A stretch of DNA of 62,681 nucleotides, the filler included, from Choristocarpus tenellus KU-1152 (lineage: Eukaryota > Protista > Phaeophyceae): the NCBI GenBank assembly GCA_964200185.2. It is 8 parts of 8 records of this genome, joined end to end, with 100 filler letters (N's around TTAATTAATTAA, not from the genome) between each part and the next. Parts side by side here need not be neighbours in the genome. Positions count along the whole stretch, not along the records: positions 38,172 to 58,596 come from CAXNAD020000396.1; 7 more parts are not named here. The stretch is one strand, 5' to 3'. The notes under the pieces are model-generated. The model had not been told where the DNA came from. It did no database searches and saw nothing but the letters and a program-made list of their open reading frames with translations. Below, piece after piece: positions 39,023 to 54,000 of the stretch (its first letter is position 1; each line of letters opens with the position of its first letter). Position numbers and translations under genes: made by a program.

Positions 39023-42000
39023 GAGCTTAGTGATAGGGCTATTGCCCACATGACCAGGAACAAGGAAAGGGGACATGTCTCCCCCACACCACAAAGTCCC
39101 GTTGCTGGAGGGGATGAACCTGTGGGATTGGATGGGAGGAGAGGAGGAGGTGCAGATGATGCTGCTGAAGGGGGGCAGGGGCCTGTGGGGTGGTTGCGTT
39201 CGTGGTGGTGGGTAAGTAGGATCCCAGTGGAGGGAGGCTGTGCTGTTTTGCATTGAGAGGTTGGGGGGGGGGGATGGGGTGGTTTGTTGAATATTTTAAT
39301 CAGGTATTACATCAGATAGAAATTTCCTGTGTTTTTTTCTATGTGAAATGATTGTAGTGTGTGGTGAGCCTTTCCCTTGATAAGGTGGTCAACATATATA
39401 TTGAACATGTTATTCATACATACGTATACATTGTATACATTGTATATTTTGTTGTGTCTTTATAATGGTAGCGGGGTGGTTACCGCCCATTGAATGTTTG
39501 GTGATAGTGGAAGAAGTTTCATTGTTTTTGTGCGCACTTCTGCGCTGCAACTAATTCCTGACATTGACTCGTTAATGTTGAAGTGGTATTGTGACGTTAA
39601 AATTAAAAGACAGGAAAAAAAATGGACCATCAAGTGGAAAAGCAAGACTGCCGTTGGGTAGTGGCTCAGAATAGAATGTCAGCCATCAGAGTAGAACATG
39701 AGATTTTGACTGTTGCTTGTTTTATGTTGCACAAGCAACAACTTGATACACGGTTGGCATCATATATTTTTTACCTGCCTGCTTGTTTTAACTAGAATGT
39801 TCAATGATATTGAAATTTTGACAATTGTTTTCAAAATTGGACATGATATATTGTTGCATTAGAGCCAGGCTTTGACCTGTCTCTACTTGTCATCACAACG
39901 TTTCTGTTACTTCTATTTTGATTGACATCATTGCTACTTTTGAAACGAGATGAAATTGTGTTTTATCCATACCATCAACTCACTCAAATTGAAAAATGGT
40001 TTGATTTGTTGTTGCCAACTGGTGGGCTTCCATGTTTCCAGTTCCAATGAACTGACCAACTCAAACCTGTACTGTACACAGTATCCTAAAACACGGTTTG
40101 AGCTGTTGCCGATAGCTCTTATTACTGGCCTCATTTGCTTGAATTTTTAGCACATGACCTAGCCAATATGGAGTTATTACGATAAGCCTGTGGATTGATC
40201 TATGGAGTATGTGGATTTTTATTACATGGCTTGGTGTGCTGTTTCCATGCTATAACTGTGCTCATTTTGAATCAGAAGATATACTGTACTTGCATGTTTC
40301 GACCCTGTTTCCCTCCCTTTCCTCTTCGGTCTTATTGGGGCGCTACTGGGCGCCCCAGGGCAATCCATCATCGGAAGAGAACCTGCCTTCGCGAGAAATA
40401 AGTGAGGATAGGGAGGTGGACACTTTGAGTGTGGATGAAGAGAACCCACAGCTGCTTGGTGAGATGTTACCATGTGCTGTGTTGTGCCATTGTCTCATGC
40501 ATCTTTTTTTTTGTTTAACGGTTCCAACCATTGTGAGCTTTTACTCCAGAATACGTTCACTTGTGGATCTCTTGAGGAACGAGTTGAGAATCAACACCTT
40601 TGTTTGAAGTGTTTTTGACAAGGTGTGGATGGAGGGAATCTAATGCGTTTTCGAGGCAATTGGATGACATCTGTAGCGTTTTTTCCTCTCACGGTCTTTC
40701 ATGATAGAACATACTCCCTCTGTCCCATAAGCCTGTGCCAAGTTAAATGCAAGGTAGTAATCATTGTGTAGTCAACTTTTGCTGTAGTACTTCTTCTAGC
40801 AGACCAATTAAAGATGCAGTGAAGTGACGCCAATGCAAACTACTTCCATTATATATATATATATATATTTTTTTTTTCAGTGATGCCTGAAAATTTGCTT
40901 CAACTCTCATACTCCCTCTGTCCCATTAATCTATGCCGTCAAGTTGTAGCTCTTTGAGATAGCCTCACAAGATTACAAGAATTTTTTTTTTTGTGTTGGA
41001 TTCCTCGGAATATTCTACATAAAATGAATATGTTTCCCCTTTACTCGACACCATCAAACCACCAATCCAGTGTCACGTTGTAGGTGACTCGATCTATTTC
41101 GGCCAATCCATCGATCCAAACTCTTAAGCCAATTTAGGTCCCACACCCCTCGAGAGCCTCTCGTAACCCAGAGTAAGAGCCAATGTGTAACGCAGAGCAA
41201 GTGCGGTCTAACCTTCAGTGGTCACCTCGCAGTTCTTTCCAAAAGTCGATGGACTTCGTGCTGGGGACAATGAGCTCTGGTGCTCGCCATGGGGGTTGTA
41301 TGTGTGCTGTATGCAAGTAGATAGACTTGGTATTCCCTTGCTGTCGATGCGGAGGGCTGTTGGAGAGGTATACGCTCGAGTACATGCCGGCGGGGTTGTG
41401 AGAGTGGTGGGTGGGTCCACAACACACTGGGACTATAAAAAAATAAGCCAAATATACCCCATTCTGTGTTCCATTATTTCGGATCCATTTCAGAACGGAA
41501 TTCTTTGCAGTGCTATTCGATTTTTTGTGTTGATGTAGAATATTCCAAGGAAGCCAACACACAAATCCTTTTTTGTAATCGAAGGTCATCTCAAAGAGAT
41601 ACAACTTAACGGCACAGACTTATGGGACAGAGGGAGTACTTCCATAAGCTTACACGAACCCATACCTGTGGTTATTGCTTGCTAAGACAAAACAGTTTGG
41701 ATGGCTGGCTGCACCCGTGCATGAAGTGCATCTGCAAAGCTAAAGTTAGTGCACCCAAGCATTGCACGGATTAACAATTAGTGTGATCGATATATATATA
41801 TATATATATATTATTTAAAGTATATATATTCGCAGGATTACTGTCTGTGCAATTTTTGAGGAATTGTATATCCTGAGGAGAGGTCAAGGCAAGAAAATAC
41901 TTTTTTGGGATTGCCTTCCCATTCAACCATTATTGTACATTATTTTTTGTCAAGGGCGTGTACAGAGCAGACACTGGTATTCAGCATGATGAGACCTTCT

Positions 42001-45000
42001 TGCCTCCTCCCTGGTGTATCTGTCACCAATTCACTCCCCCTCCTCCCCTCATGTCTCTCTTGTGGGGTACTATTGCTCTGGCCCACAGCTGGGGCTTTGC
42101 CTGTGCAAGGTAAGGCGTCCAACTTTGGGGTTGTGTCTGTCAGAGTGCAAAGGACATCACTGACACTCCTTGAGCACCATGAACCGACTCCAACACAGGA
42201 GCCAGTGGAGGAAGAGTCATCAGAGGTAGGGGGTTGGACAGTGACATCGCCTCCAGAGGCGATATCTGTTCCAGTCCATGGTTTGGGCACAGTTAGTGTG
42301 CTCTCTTCATCAAGGAGGCGCAGGTGAAATACCCTGGTCAAATTGTTTTTTGGAGAGGTAGACATATTTAATCAAGTATATTGATAGGGTAAGGGATTAA
42401 TCAAGTACAGAAAGAGTACTAGAAGAGTGCAAGAAAAGAATAAGAGTACAGGATGGTTTTGAGAGGGTCCTGCTTATGAAGAAATAAGTATATTGTACAA
42501 AATGGGACTTACAATGTGCTTCCATGTACGAGTATTGTTGTTACATGCCTGTAGCAGAATCTGTAGATACATGGACTATTACTTTAGACCCAGAATATGT
42601 TGACCTCTAGTGTGCATGGTAATTGGTGTGTAATAGGTTGACTTAATGCCTTGAAGTATATGTACCTATTTTGCTCTGTGTTATGATGCATATGTGTTTA
42701 TCATTTCTGTGCTTGCGCGTAATTGTTCTGTGTTGCAAGCTGGTTGTTTTGGTTTCTTTAGAGGTTAATGCAAGTTGTTGAACTATGAGGCATGTCATTC
42801 CTGAGCAGGAGTCCCTTGAACACAAGAGGTTCATCGGTGGGTATGCAGTATGCACTTGAAAGATTATCAGCATACATTCAGTCAGGGATATGCATTTTAA
42901 CCACTTCACTAGTTAGAACTTGTAAGTGAGTTGAGACTTAAGAATTGACTTTATTCTTGTTCTAAAGAGGCAGGTGTTACCGCGGCTTTGCGTTTCTGAC
43001 CCCTCTCATTGTACTCAACCCATTTCTGGACCTAGTGTGTTTGAGGTTCCTGCACAAGCCTTATCAAACTTGTTTTAACATTTTGACCACTCAAGCACCC
43101 TTTGCAGGTGCTAGGATCCCATATGTGTGTACCACTTTACCCCTCTTCTCATCTCAGCCTCCTTGATGAAATATCAATCCTCCATTTTGTTATCGACCAG
43201 TGGAACATAGGATGCTCAGAGAGGGTTGACAAATATTGCTCTACTTTGCACTCATTGTGGGTGATAAATTGTTCTTCATTTTGCTTCAATTTATTTACAC
43301 CGGAAACACTTCATATGCCATGTATACTGTTGTAGATTGCTGGGATTAGGGTATGAGCAGCTTTTAAGAAGCATTTTTTTCATGTTTGGGATTAGGAGTT
43401 GGCATTGGATCTCAGCAGAAGTAGGGCTACAGCTTAGTGCTATGTGTTTTGATGATAACATTGAAATGCAGATGATCGTTCTCCTCCCCCCTCTGGATGA
43501 TGGTGTGTTTTGTCAACTTGTTTTTCTTGGCTCTTTGCTGATCTTGGTGAACACATGAACATCTCAGGCTGCGACCAACATCAATCGCTCCTCTGGCATT
43601 TGCTATGGTAGATGTGAAGGACATCACTGTTGATGCACAGTTACTTCCAGGTGAGGACTTACTTGCATGCTATCAACTGATTGTAGTCCACTGTGTAGAT
43701 TTCTCCAGGTTACAGTGTGGTGTTAGGTAGTGGTTTGTAGCATTAGGCAAATGCTACTAAGGGGATCTCCGTATGCTTAGCATTTACCCCTTTATGCCCA
43801 TTGATCTGTACAGAGTTGTGACAGGGCATTTGTGTCCCCGAGTTTATGGATAAAAGTCGTTCTCCCCTCTTATGATAATTGCTTGAAAATTGTCTTCGTT
43901 TATTTGATGGTTTGAGTAAGTGAAGAACTGGTATCTCTTGTTGCACCTCTACTAATCTAACCATCCATCCACTGACCTCCCCTGCTTTTTCTCCCGTTTG
44001 TGGGCGATTTTTCATGCGCAGGAGACTTCTGTGCTGCCACTGATGTTAAGGTTCAGGTGACGTCAGTATTAGTATCACACCTTGGACCTCACTCTCCTTC
44101 TGACCATCAGCTGCAGGTGAGGACACCCGTCCTCACTTGGGGTGTTGAGGTTGATGCTGCTGATGCAAAGGAAAGAGAGGGTGAGGTGCGTAGCACGGTG
44201 CGCAACCCAGACCCCCGAGCTGCCGGTAAGGTCCAACGGTGTCTATTGGAGTACATGTTGCAGCAAAGGTTGGTGGGTCATGGTGACACAAGTAGTCTGG
44301 GTGAGACTGTTGAGTCCCCATCAGGAGAAAGGGAGAACACATTACCTACGTTCGAAGATGGAAGACCTGAGACAGACACAACTAGTGGTGTGGCACAGGA
44401 GTCGAAGCTCTGGGCACAGTGTGTTACGGATGGTGTAGGAAACAAATCTGGGCTGCTGTGCGCATTGCAGTATAGGGTGATAAAACGGCAGGAGAAGCAG
44501 GGGTTTGGATTGGGTGAGGACTCAAAGAGTACAAAGGTCGACTATGAGGAGAGGCAGTCAGAGAGCAATGATTCTGGAGTAGATGGGAGGAGAGATATGC
44601 TGAAAGGGAAGGGTTTGCAGGATTCAACCTTGATCTGCCATGACTTGAATTTGGGACCAGTCCATGCCCTCTTTTCCAATGCATTCTTGGCACGACTACT
44701 AGGTTTTGTTGGCAGCCTTGAGAGACGGCAGGAGGGAAGTGATCAAGTGAGGACGAAGAGGCATGGTGGTCGAGATAAAGAGAAGAAAGGTGCTACAGGA
44801 GAATCAGACAAGGGTCCACTTAATGTGGAACCCTTTGGGTGTGGTGATGAGGGGAAGGCCATTGAGCAAGGGAATATTGTGGGTATGGGAGAGGTGTTAG
44901 AAGGCATGGAACAAGCAGTGGAGCATGGGCAAAACCCAGACAATCAGCAGGGAGGATCTGTTCCAATCCAGTTGAAAAAACCCGAAATACTGTCAACAGG

Positions 45001-48000
45001 TGAAGCTGTGGAAATTTCAGCTCATGTGTGTGTCCGCCAAGTTTGTCTAGTTATAGAGTTTGAGCTGTCCTGTGACAGGTCTCTGGGAGGAAGGGACATT
45101 CAAAGGTCATCTAGCCCCATTGTGACACCTGTAGAAGGTGCTCATACCAATATATGTGTTGGAGCGAAAGTAGGAAGGGTAGCAGGATCTGAGCTACCAT
45201 GTTTAGTTTTCCTCATCAATGATGTGGAAGTGGAGGGTTCAGCATCGACGTCCCTTATGAATACCTGGGACATGGCAGGATGCTCTTTGCCTTTGACTGG
45301 TCAGCAGAAGAAAAACGAGAGCTTGACCCTGCAGCAGGTTTGCAGCCTTACATTTAACTCCCTTCTCACTGTCCAGCTGGATGGCAAAGTGTTGCCCTTA
45401 CAGAGGGGGGAGGGTGGTCTTGATGTACAGCATACCTCAAGCCTTCCAGTTGTCCAGCCAATGCTCAAGGAGTTGGTTGAGAAGCTAGCAATTCTGGGAG
45501 GCACTGAGAACATCCCGGCTGTGCAACGCCTTTTGGAAGCAGCTGGTGGGCGACTGATGGCTGAGATCACAAAGACAGCATTAGGGGTTGGGACAGGGGT
45601 TGACGATCTAAATGCATCAAATATGCCAGTAGCCTCAGCTGCACCACTGCCCAAGCCCCAATCCCAGGCTCTGCAGCCACTAAGCATTCTTTTCAACACC
45701 TCTTGTGAGTCTGTAAGTGTATGTGTAAGTTCTGGTGCTGCATTCCTGCTTCTCGACCTTTGTTACCTGTCTGGGATGCTTAGGGGGAGGAACTCAAGCA
45801 TAGGCAACAGCACTGTCACTTGGACTGATGGCCCTGATGCCAACACTGGCACAGATGCTGCTGGTGACCTGGCGTTTGGAGAATGCAAGGCGGTAAGAGT
45901 GGACAGGGGAGGGATGCTGCAAGGTGTTCAATCGCCACACTTCACTGCTGCTGCAAGAGCCTCAGCATGGCATCGAGGGGTGGCTCTTTCCTGCACAGGT
46001 GTTAGTGTGGGTGGTTCAATCGGCAAGAGCTCTCCCGCAGGACTCACTGGAAACGCCCGAAAAGTATATGTAAGTTGTGTTGATCGGTGCCTCCCATGCT
46101 CTTTTGCAGAGGTCTTGCTGATTGATGTGCCAAAGGGGGACATCAGTGGTGTGGGACTCAAGTTGACAGTCAAGCAGGGTGTTCATGGTGATGTTAGGTC
46201 CGTGAATGGTGTGGGGACCAGATTTGGTACCAGAAATGGAGAGGGGAGGATAGATCAAGATGAGCTAAAGCTGGAGGGTGAGCTTGCATTGGTTGAGTTG
46301 GACTATGATAATGTTAGAGCAGCAAAGAGGAATCTGGTGTCTGCATGGAAGATCTGGGAGGCTGGGATGGTTGCATTTGCCTTAGGTGCATCGGTAGGAG
46401 AAGATGTGAAGCATGGATGCCCTGATCCCCTCACCACATCTCCCAGCGCTACGTGTAGCACTGGTGGAACAGTTCGTAAAAGAGATCCTGTTTTGAAGTT
46501 TGATGTGACTGTGCTTGCTGTGTCATTGCGCCTGCCTTTCGACATGGCTCTTCAGGCGGAAGGAGTCCAGGTTATCTACCGTCCTCCCGACATTCTTCCC
46601 ACTGGAGCTCCCCTGCCCCCCCCAGGGGATACAGTGGTGGAGGTGACCACAGATCTTGCCAGGTTGCTTCACGCACCACAAGACACTGACAGCAGTCTTG
46701 GCAATGGTGTCAGGAGCGCCAGGGGTATGCAATTTGCGGTGGAATTCATCAAGCGGCAAAAAATGGTGGAGTGTGTGGCACGATGTGAAGTAACTTTGGG
46801 GTTGGGAAGGACCTCTATTCTGCTGCACTGTGGTGATGGGATGGATATCCAACTGACCCCAGAGTCTTGTGCTGCATTTGGGGCACTTTTGCGCCAGATT
46901 ATTGGACCGCCATCCCCTCCCTCCAGTTCCAGTGGTGGGAAAGATTGTCAGGGTGGAAGGCCCACAATTTCCTCTAGTTCAGAATCAGTGACTGTTTCGT
47001 CCCCTCCCCTGCCCCTTGCTAATGTTTTTGAAGTGAGGCTCACAATGGGCAGTGTTGCTGTTGACTTCGTCACTGGCCCTTGTTGTCCATCAGCAGTGGC
47101 AGCAACAGTGCATGTTGGTGGAGCGGTAATGCAGCAGCGGTCAGAGGCTTATGGCCAGGGAGGACCAAGGGAGTCATCCATAATGATGGAATTTGGAAGT
47201 GTGGATGGTTTACAGTGGCGCGACCATAGATGCAATGCACCGGTGTTTCCACACACACTTGTGGCTCACATCATGGCATTTGTTGGTGGGAGTGAAATAG
47301 ACTCTGAGGTGTTGGCAGCTGGACAAGGGAACAATAGCGGCAAGGCTACTTTCCTGAGGTGGCTTGGCGGGAGAAAAGCAGAAGGAGCTCGATTGAGTGG
47401 GAGAACACCTTTCTCATGCCCCTTGGTAGTCCCGTTGCTGAGAAAATCTGGGGATGGGGAAGCAATCGGACCCAAGCACACCCTTTATGTCTGCTCCACA
47501 ACTACAATTTCTAGTCAGGGGCAGGAGACGTCCCACCTCAAGCTAGAGATCGAGCCAACACTTTTGGCTTGTTATCCTCCCACAATATGCCTTATTCTTA
47601 GCCATTACACACTTTTTATGAGGCACCTTTGTCGGCCATGGTCCCTGCCAGCACGGCCACCATCTAGGGGGGATGAAAGTGGTACAGAATTGGAGAGTAG
47701 TGGATGTCATGAGAATAATCCAGTAGTGGAGATATTTGATGTGAATGTGCAGGGCTGTGCTGCTGTTATCTTGACTTCCCTCTCTCCCAATGCTACTGGC
47801 ATCCACCTAAGAGCAGGGCAGGTGACTCTGGGACCAGATACCCCTGTACCAATTGGCTTGTCAGCAGCAGCAGGGGTTCTGAATTCTCTACCTTCCGTGG
47901 CACCAGGTGTCAGTACTCGCACCTTGAACCATCCATCTGCATCTCCACCCTTTGCTAAGAAGCAGCGGGAGCAAAAACCCCTGACTATGTCTGGGTATAC

Positions 48001-51000
48001 AGGTCCTGTAAGCGTCACATTTGTGGAAGACTGGGCAACTCTTGTGGTGATGCCAGACCAATCTAACTCTACCAGTGATGACCATCATGCCACAGGTGCA
48101 TCATCTAAGAAGAGAGACTCTGGGTCCACGGTCATGGTAAGCAGCAGTGGCATGATACCTGAGGCAGAGGATTGGGTCCTCCCGGACTCTTGTTGCGGTA
48201 CCCCACTCTGCGTACCCCTTGAACTTCGCTGGACAATAGCATACGACCACAATGGTCACTGCAGACAGGACTTCTTCCTCTCTTCAGTGCAACTTTACCT
48301 GCAGAAGCACCATTGTGACCTGTGCATTAGGGTGGCACGACTTGCCTCTGCTGTGAGTCTGCCCCACCCCGTTCCCCAAAAGAGCCGTAAGCTCTTACCA
48401 GACCAACCCCCCTCTACACCAGCACCAGCAGTGGCAGCAGCATCAGCTACAGTTTCCCCTGAATTTTCTTCCAATACACCACCACCTGAACTGTCACCAC
48501 AAGACACTATGACGGGCTCCCCTCAATCCAACTTTGAGGGTGGACGTGGTGGTGGAATTGCATCTCCACCGACCATATTAAGGGGAGAGGTAGGGAAAGG
48601 AGCCGGTTCAGATGCAGTGAGTGGAGGAACAACAGTAGAAACACGAAGATGGGCAGAGAATAGTATGTCTCTTCGTCTGCCATTGTTCCAGGTGGTTCTT
48701 GCCATGGGTCCAAGGGCTGATCGTAAACCACCAGTCCTTGAGGTGGATGTGGCAAGCATTCGCTTTGTTCAGGGTGTACTGCAGATACGACATATATCTG
48801 TCACCAGCTGGCTCCATACAAGTATGAGTGATGTGGTGAGGAATGAAGAGTGTAGTGCTCCTCAGATGCAACAAATGATAAGTGAGGACGGGTATAGAGT
48901 CCTGGAGAGATCAGGTCCACCAGGGGAGGACTTAGTGCGTGCTGAGGTGCAATTGATGGGCTCTGGTGATATGGATCAACATCAGATAACAATTCAGGTT
49001 TGACACCACTGGTTCTCTTTTCCAGTTTTTCTTCTCTCCCTAATCCTCCTTTGTGCATGCTCCTAGTTGTCCATTTCTTCAACCCTTTTTCGTTCATGTA
49101 TCTATTGAGTTATTTGTGTGACTCTCTTGTTGACAAATTTGGTCCCTGGGACTTATGATTATGTAAAAAATGTGTTGTTTGCACTAGGTATCAACAACAT
49201 TTTGTGTGTAGGTGGAGTTTCATGCTTTCAAAACGCCCAGTGATTGATTCCTGACCTCAAAAGGGTAGTCCTTGCCTTCCGCCACAGGTTGTAAGACACT
49301 GAGAACCTTGCCTGAACCTTGATACTCCTAACCATGACCTTCTGAGTTTTTTTTTGTGACATTCTTTGCCTCTATAATGACCTATGCAGGTCGAGCCTTT
49401 CTATTTGCATGCTAATCCCAGCATGCTCCAGTCCCTGGCAGCATTCATAAGTCCTGAGCCCCTTTGTGAAGGCTCCCCAGAGGCGCTTGAGCCCCCTTTC
49501 CCCCATGTAATTCCACCAACTGCCAGAAGTAACAGTGAAAACAGTGGTGGTGACATAGGAATAGACTCTAGTTCTTGTCAAAATGACTCAAATCCACTGG
49601 GATCCTCCAGGAGTGGTGGGTTGAAGGGGGAGGGCAATGATGGGTTGCACATGGGAGAGAGCTCGGCACGTACTCCCATGTTAAAGGTGAAGCTCTTGAT
49701 CTCCAATGTAGCACTTGTGGTGTCCTCTTCAGAAGATGGTCCAGCCATGATCATTAACACACCTCACATCTTCCTCACCTCGGAGTCATGGTTGCCCTTG
49801 CATGTGGATGGTGAGTGTGACAGGAAAGGTGGCAAGGGCAAGGGGGTAGAAAGCAGAGTACGGTCAGATATGTTCCTTCGCATCTCACGGTTGTCGTGCT
49901 GTGCTTGCAGTGCTTTCATGCCACCATCACGAAGCAAAGGGTTCAGCTTGGATGAGCTCAAGCCGTGCAATTCTCTGCTGAAGCCGTTCGATATTGACTT
50001 GCGCTTGATGCTGCTTGACAGCGGCGGTGGTGGCAGCGGGGAGCAACGTATGGGTATTTTTGCTGAGGACATACACCTGAGCTTTGGCGCCTCGCACCTG
50101 CTGACCCTAAAGCATTTGAGTGTTCTGTTTGCGGCAGCCACTACTGCCATGACCTCCGCTCTCAAGCCCATGGATGGTTTTATTGCACCTCCTACTATAG
50201 TTTCATGTACTCGAAATGGTGCTATGGGGGTGGGGCAGGGAAGAGTGCCTCCTTTGCCCAGGCCTGGCGATACCCGCATGAACGATATTGCTATTTTACG
50301 TCGTGTGGAGGACTTGACTGATGGTGGAGTGGGGGTGGGTGGGGGGCACAGGCGAGGTCCAGGAGAGATGGTGGTGAACTCCCAAGCTGAGATGGCAGTG
50401 GCAGATGAGGGTGGGTGGGTGCAGTGTTGTTTTTGGCGATACTGGAATATGCGCAGGGTGATGGAGGTAGCAGTACCTCATCTGTGTCTGGAAAGAGGAG
50501 AGGGAGGAGTGTCTGCAACAACAGTTGGCAGAGCTGGGAGATTGGGGGCACTCAATACTCTCGAAATTGATATCAGTTGGCTGGATCCTTTCGCCAAGCA
50601 CTTGAAGGTATGGATGGCACTATGAGGGTTGTTGATTGCTTGACACCCTCAACATTGTCTTTTGTCACTATCTTGGTCACAAACATGTAGGCGACAGAAG
50701 GTCAGGTGAGGCGGACTGGACAATATTGGCACAGCACAAATTTCTTCCTCTCTTTCCATTTAATCTATTTGCTTCTTGCACTCCTATTGCAGATGCACTC
50801 ATACACACACATACATAAGCATGCTCACATTCACAATAATGCACAGTAACACTGCCTTGTACATTCCCCCTCCTGATCTTCTTGGGTTTCTGGGCCTCCA
50901 AGTCAGCTGCTTGTTTCACTGTACCTTTCTACCCGGCAGGAGTTCCTGCCCCTACTGTCCCTCACACCCAGCATACAGCAGCAGGTGAACCCACAACTGC

Positions 51001-54000
51001 CACTGGGGCTAGGTCAGCCATTGTTGTCCAACCATCTCACCCCAACCTGGCTCAAGAGTGGTGTATCAGTTGGCGTGTGCCCATGTGGGTTCGAGGCCCC
51101 AGTGGAGAGGATATAAAACTCTCAACTTTGGAAACCACTCAGGTGAACTCTCTCCTCCTGAACTGCCTTGCTGTTTACTCCACACCTGAGTCTGGTGGGG
51201 GGTGGGGGGGTGGGGGTGGTGTTGGTGGGGAAAGTTTGATAGCACAGTCGCAGTTACAGCAGTCACTTGTGTCAGTTACACTGGGTGTGCAGCGGGTAAG
51301 AGTGGGACTACTCACAGATTGGTCACCTTCCTGTAGCCATCTCCAGCCAGAGGAGATTGTGCGTATGGTATTGAGTGATATTGAGGCCTGGGGAGAGACA
51401 GACACGGGGGTTCGAGGAAGGACGTCAGCTCTCCGGGGAGCCATGGTCGTGGCCTGTGAGGTGAGAATTAAAGATATATACTTGAGTAATTTGATTATAT
51501 TGTAGTGTTAAAACTCTGGAGCTTGAAGTATGCAATGTAGAACATTAATACACTACGTAGTATCCCTTTAGATTGACAGGTTCTTGCTATGTTCTGTCAT
51601 TTTCCTCAAGAAATGGGGGTGGTACAGATTGGAATGAGGTGTGAACTGGTAATAGATTCTGAAACGTTTTTTCCAGGGATCTGGCCTAATGGGAAAGTGG
51701 TTATGGTGGAGTTTCAAAGTGAGGAATTAAGTTCACTGCTAGTATTGATCCGTGGCAATCAATTTGGTATATTTGAGGTGGAGCATGAAGTATTGGTTGG
51801 CGTGGTGTGGAGTGTGATGATTCAAATTCAAGCATGGATGAGCATGATACTATGAAAAAGTCTCAAATGGTGTACTTTATTGAGCTACACATTTGGGTGA
51901 TATCTCCCTGGACCCAGCGCATGCACAGCTCCCCTAAATTGAGACACTGGATGCCTAGAAAATATTGCTGGTGATCAACAATTGATTCCTCTGTCCATGT
52001 ACAAGAGGGTGTTGAGACTCACAACGTACCCTGATATGCCTCTGAATCCCAGATGTTGCGTTCTTTTTTGCTTCCTCTCTCTGGTGTTTCCCTTCTCTCA
52101 CCAATTTACCTCCTGTGACTGGTAACATCTTCTGGGACAGGTACAAGACTTCTCAAACTTTCTCTGCGTGCCACTGGTCTCCAATGCTCTTGTAAAATGG
52201 GATATTGCCACCAGCCACCCCATCCCCCAGCAAAACTTCGGAAGGATCAATAATGGCCTTGTTGTTTTGCAGTCTCACCCCATCTCCTCGTTGGCTGTGG
52301 AGTTGCACAATGCAACTATCAGCGTGTCTGCCATTGCACTGCAGTGCCTGGATCAATGCCTGGAAGAGATGACACAACGTCTATCTCATGCCCCTGCCCC
52401 CTACTCGTCAATGGGCCTAACCCTGCCTGCTGCACCTCCGTTAACAGACAAGAGGGAGGTATGTTTGCCTTGGGAGAGCTCATCAAGGAAATGTGGTACA
52501 CGCCTCCCATCCCAGCAACAACAACAGACACCGCGGCAGCGGTGCAAACACTACCTCGTGGTTAACAGAACTGACAGGCCAGTGTGGTACGGGCAGGCCT
52601 CCACAGCGGAGATACTTCTTCTAGCTCCTTGGGAGGACACAGCATACAGTTGGAGGACAATTCCAGCATTGACAAGACCTGTGGCTGCCATGTCCTCTTC
52701 CTCTGGCTCTGCCCCAGGTGCTACCAATAGAATGGACAGGCTTCTACTGCTCCTTCGTTTTGCGCTATACCATGATCCCCAACAGCATGTTGGCATGGGA
52801 GATACTGGGGAGGAGGGGAGAGGTGGAGTGGAACATGTGGGGAGCGGTAGTATGGGTGTCTGGACAGAGCCGGTGGTGGTGGATGAGCCTGGCGTGTGCA
52901 TGGTGAGGCAAAATTGTATCCAGAAATAGGAAGTTTGCCACTCCCTCTATGTCCTCTGAACCTAAGTCTTTGCTCAACAACATAGAGAAGTCTCTTAAAG
53001 TGTTCATGCAGCCGTTTCTTGGGTACAACAGTGTAGTGATCCTGAGTATAACTCATTATTTATAGGTGGTAGAAACAAAACATGTTCCAAATATTTCTGA
53101 AGCTGTCCCTTGTGGAGTTCCTGCTCCTTCAAAAAAAGAATGCTCATCCACGCATTTACCCACCCCTTGCCTTTGGCATCCTCTAATTTCATTTGCTCAC
53201 TCCCTTGGTGCAAAATTGCATGTGTACCAAATAGCGCCTCCTTCGCACTTCGGGTGAGGGGAATGGACGAAGGAGGAATCACCGTGGTAATTTCACTGGG
53301 GAGGCTGTTGCCCTTCCACTGTGGGTGGCTGTTGTGAACAAAGGTCTCCAGACTTGTATTGAGCTGTATGGAGAGTGGACCTTCACCAACCACCTGCCTC
53401 AGCAAGTCCAGGTACTGGTATTGATGCTCATGTGTATGATACTGTGAACTATTCTGGTAAGCACTTAGTTGTTCACAATATGACTTGAGCTCATGCGTCA
53501 TCACTTGTATGTGCACGTGATTTCTTTTCTTGGTCACATATCATAAACAGAGATTAAGTATTGACAATGTGCCTCTCATGGTGATGGCCTCAGTATTCGA
53601 TCCCATAATCCCAATCCATGTATGCAATACTATTTTAGGTTACTTGGGCCACTGCATTTGGAGTGAGTGATGGTGGCTGGCGCCACACCGATCTGATTGG
53701 GGTAAAAGGGAGCCTCAATCTGGTGTCAGACAATGAAGACATGGAAAGTGAGGTCAGTGGCATGGCAGATAGTGGCACATCACCAGAATCACAAACCTAC
53801 TCTGTGTTGAGTGCCTGCCTGGCCTTTGGAACTCCTTCTGGTAGGCAGGAGGGTGGATGGCTCTCAGAGCTAATGATGGAGTTCCGCATTGTTGCCCCTG
53901 ATGCTTCAACTGTGGTTGGGTCAGTGGGACCTCCTCCTTCAGCAAAGAGTATGACACAAGATCAGGGCACTTGTACCATGCCAGGAGGGCATGGGGACCG

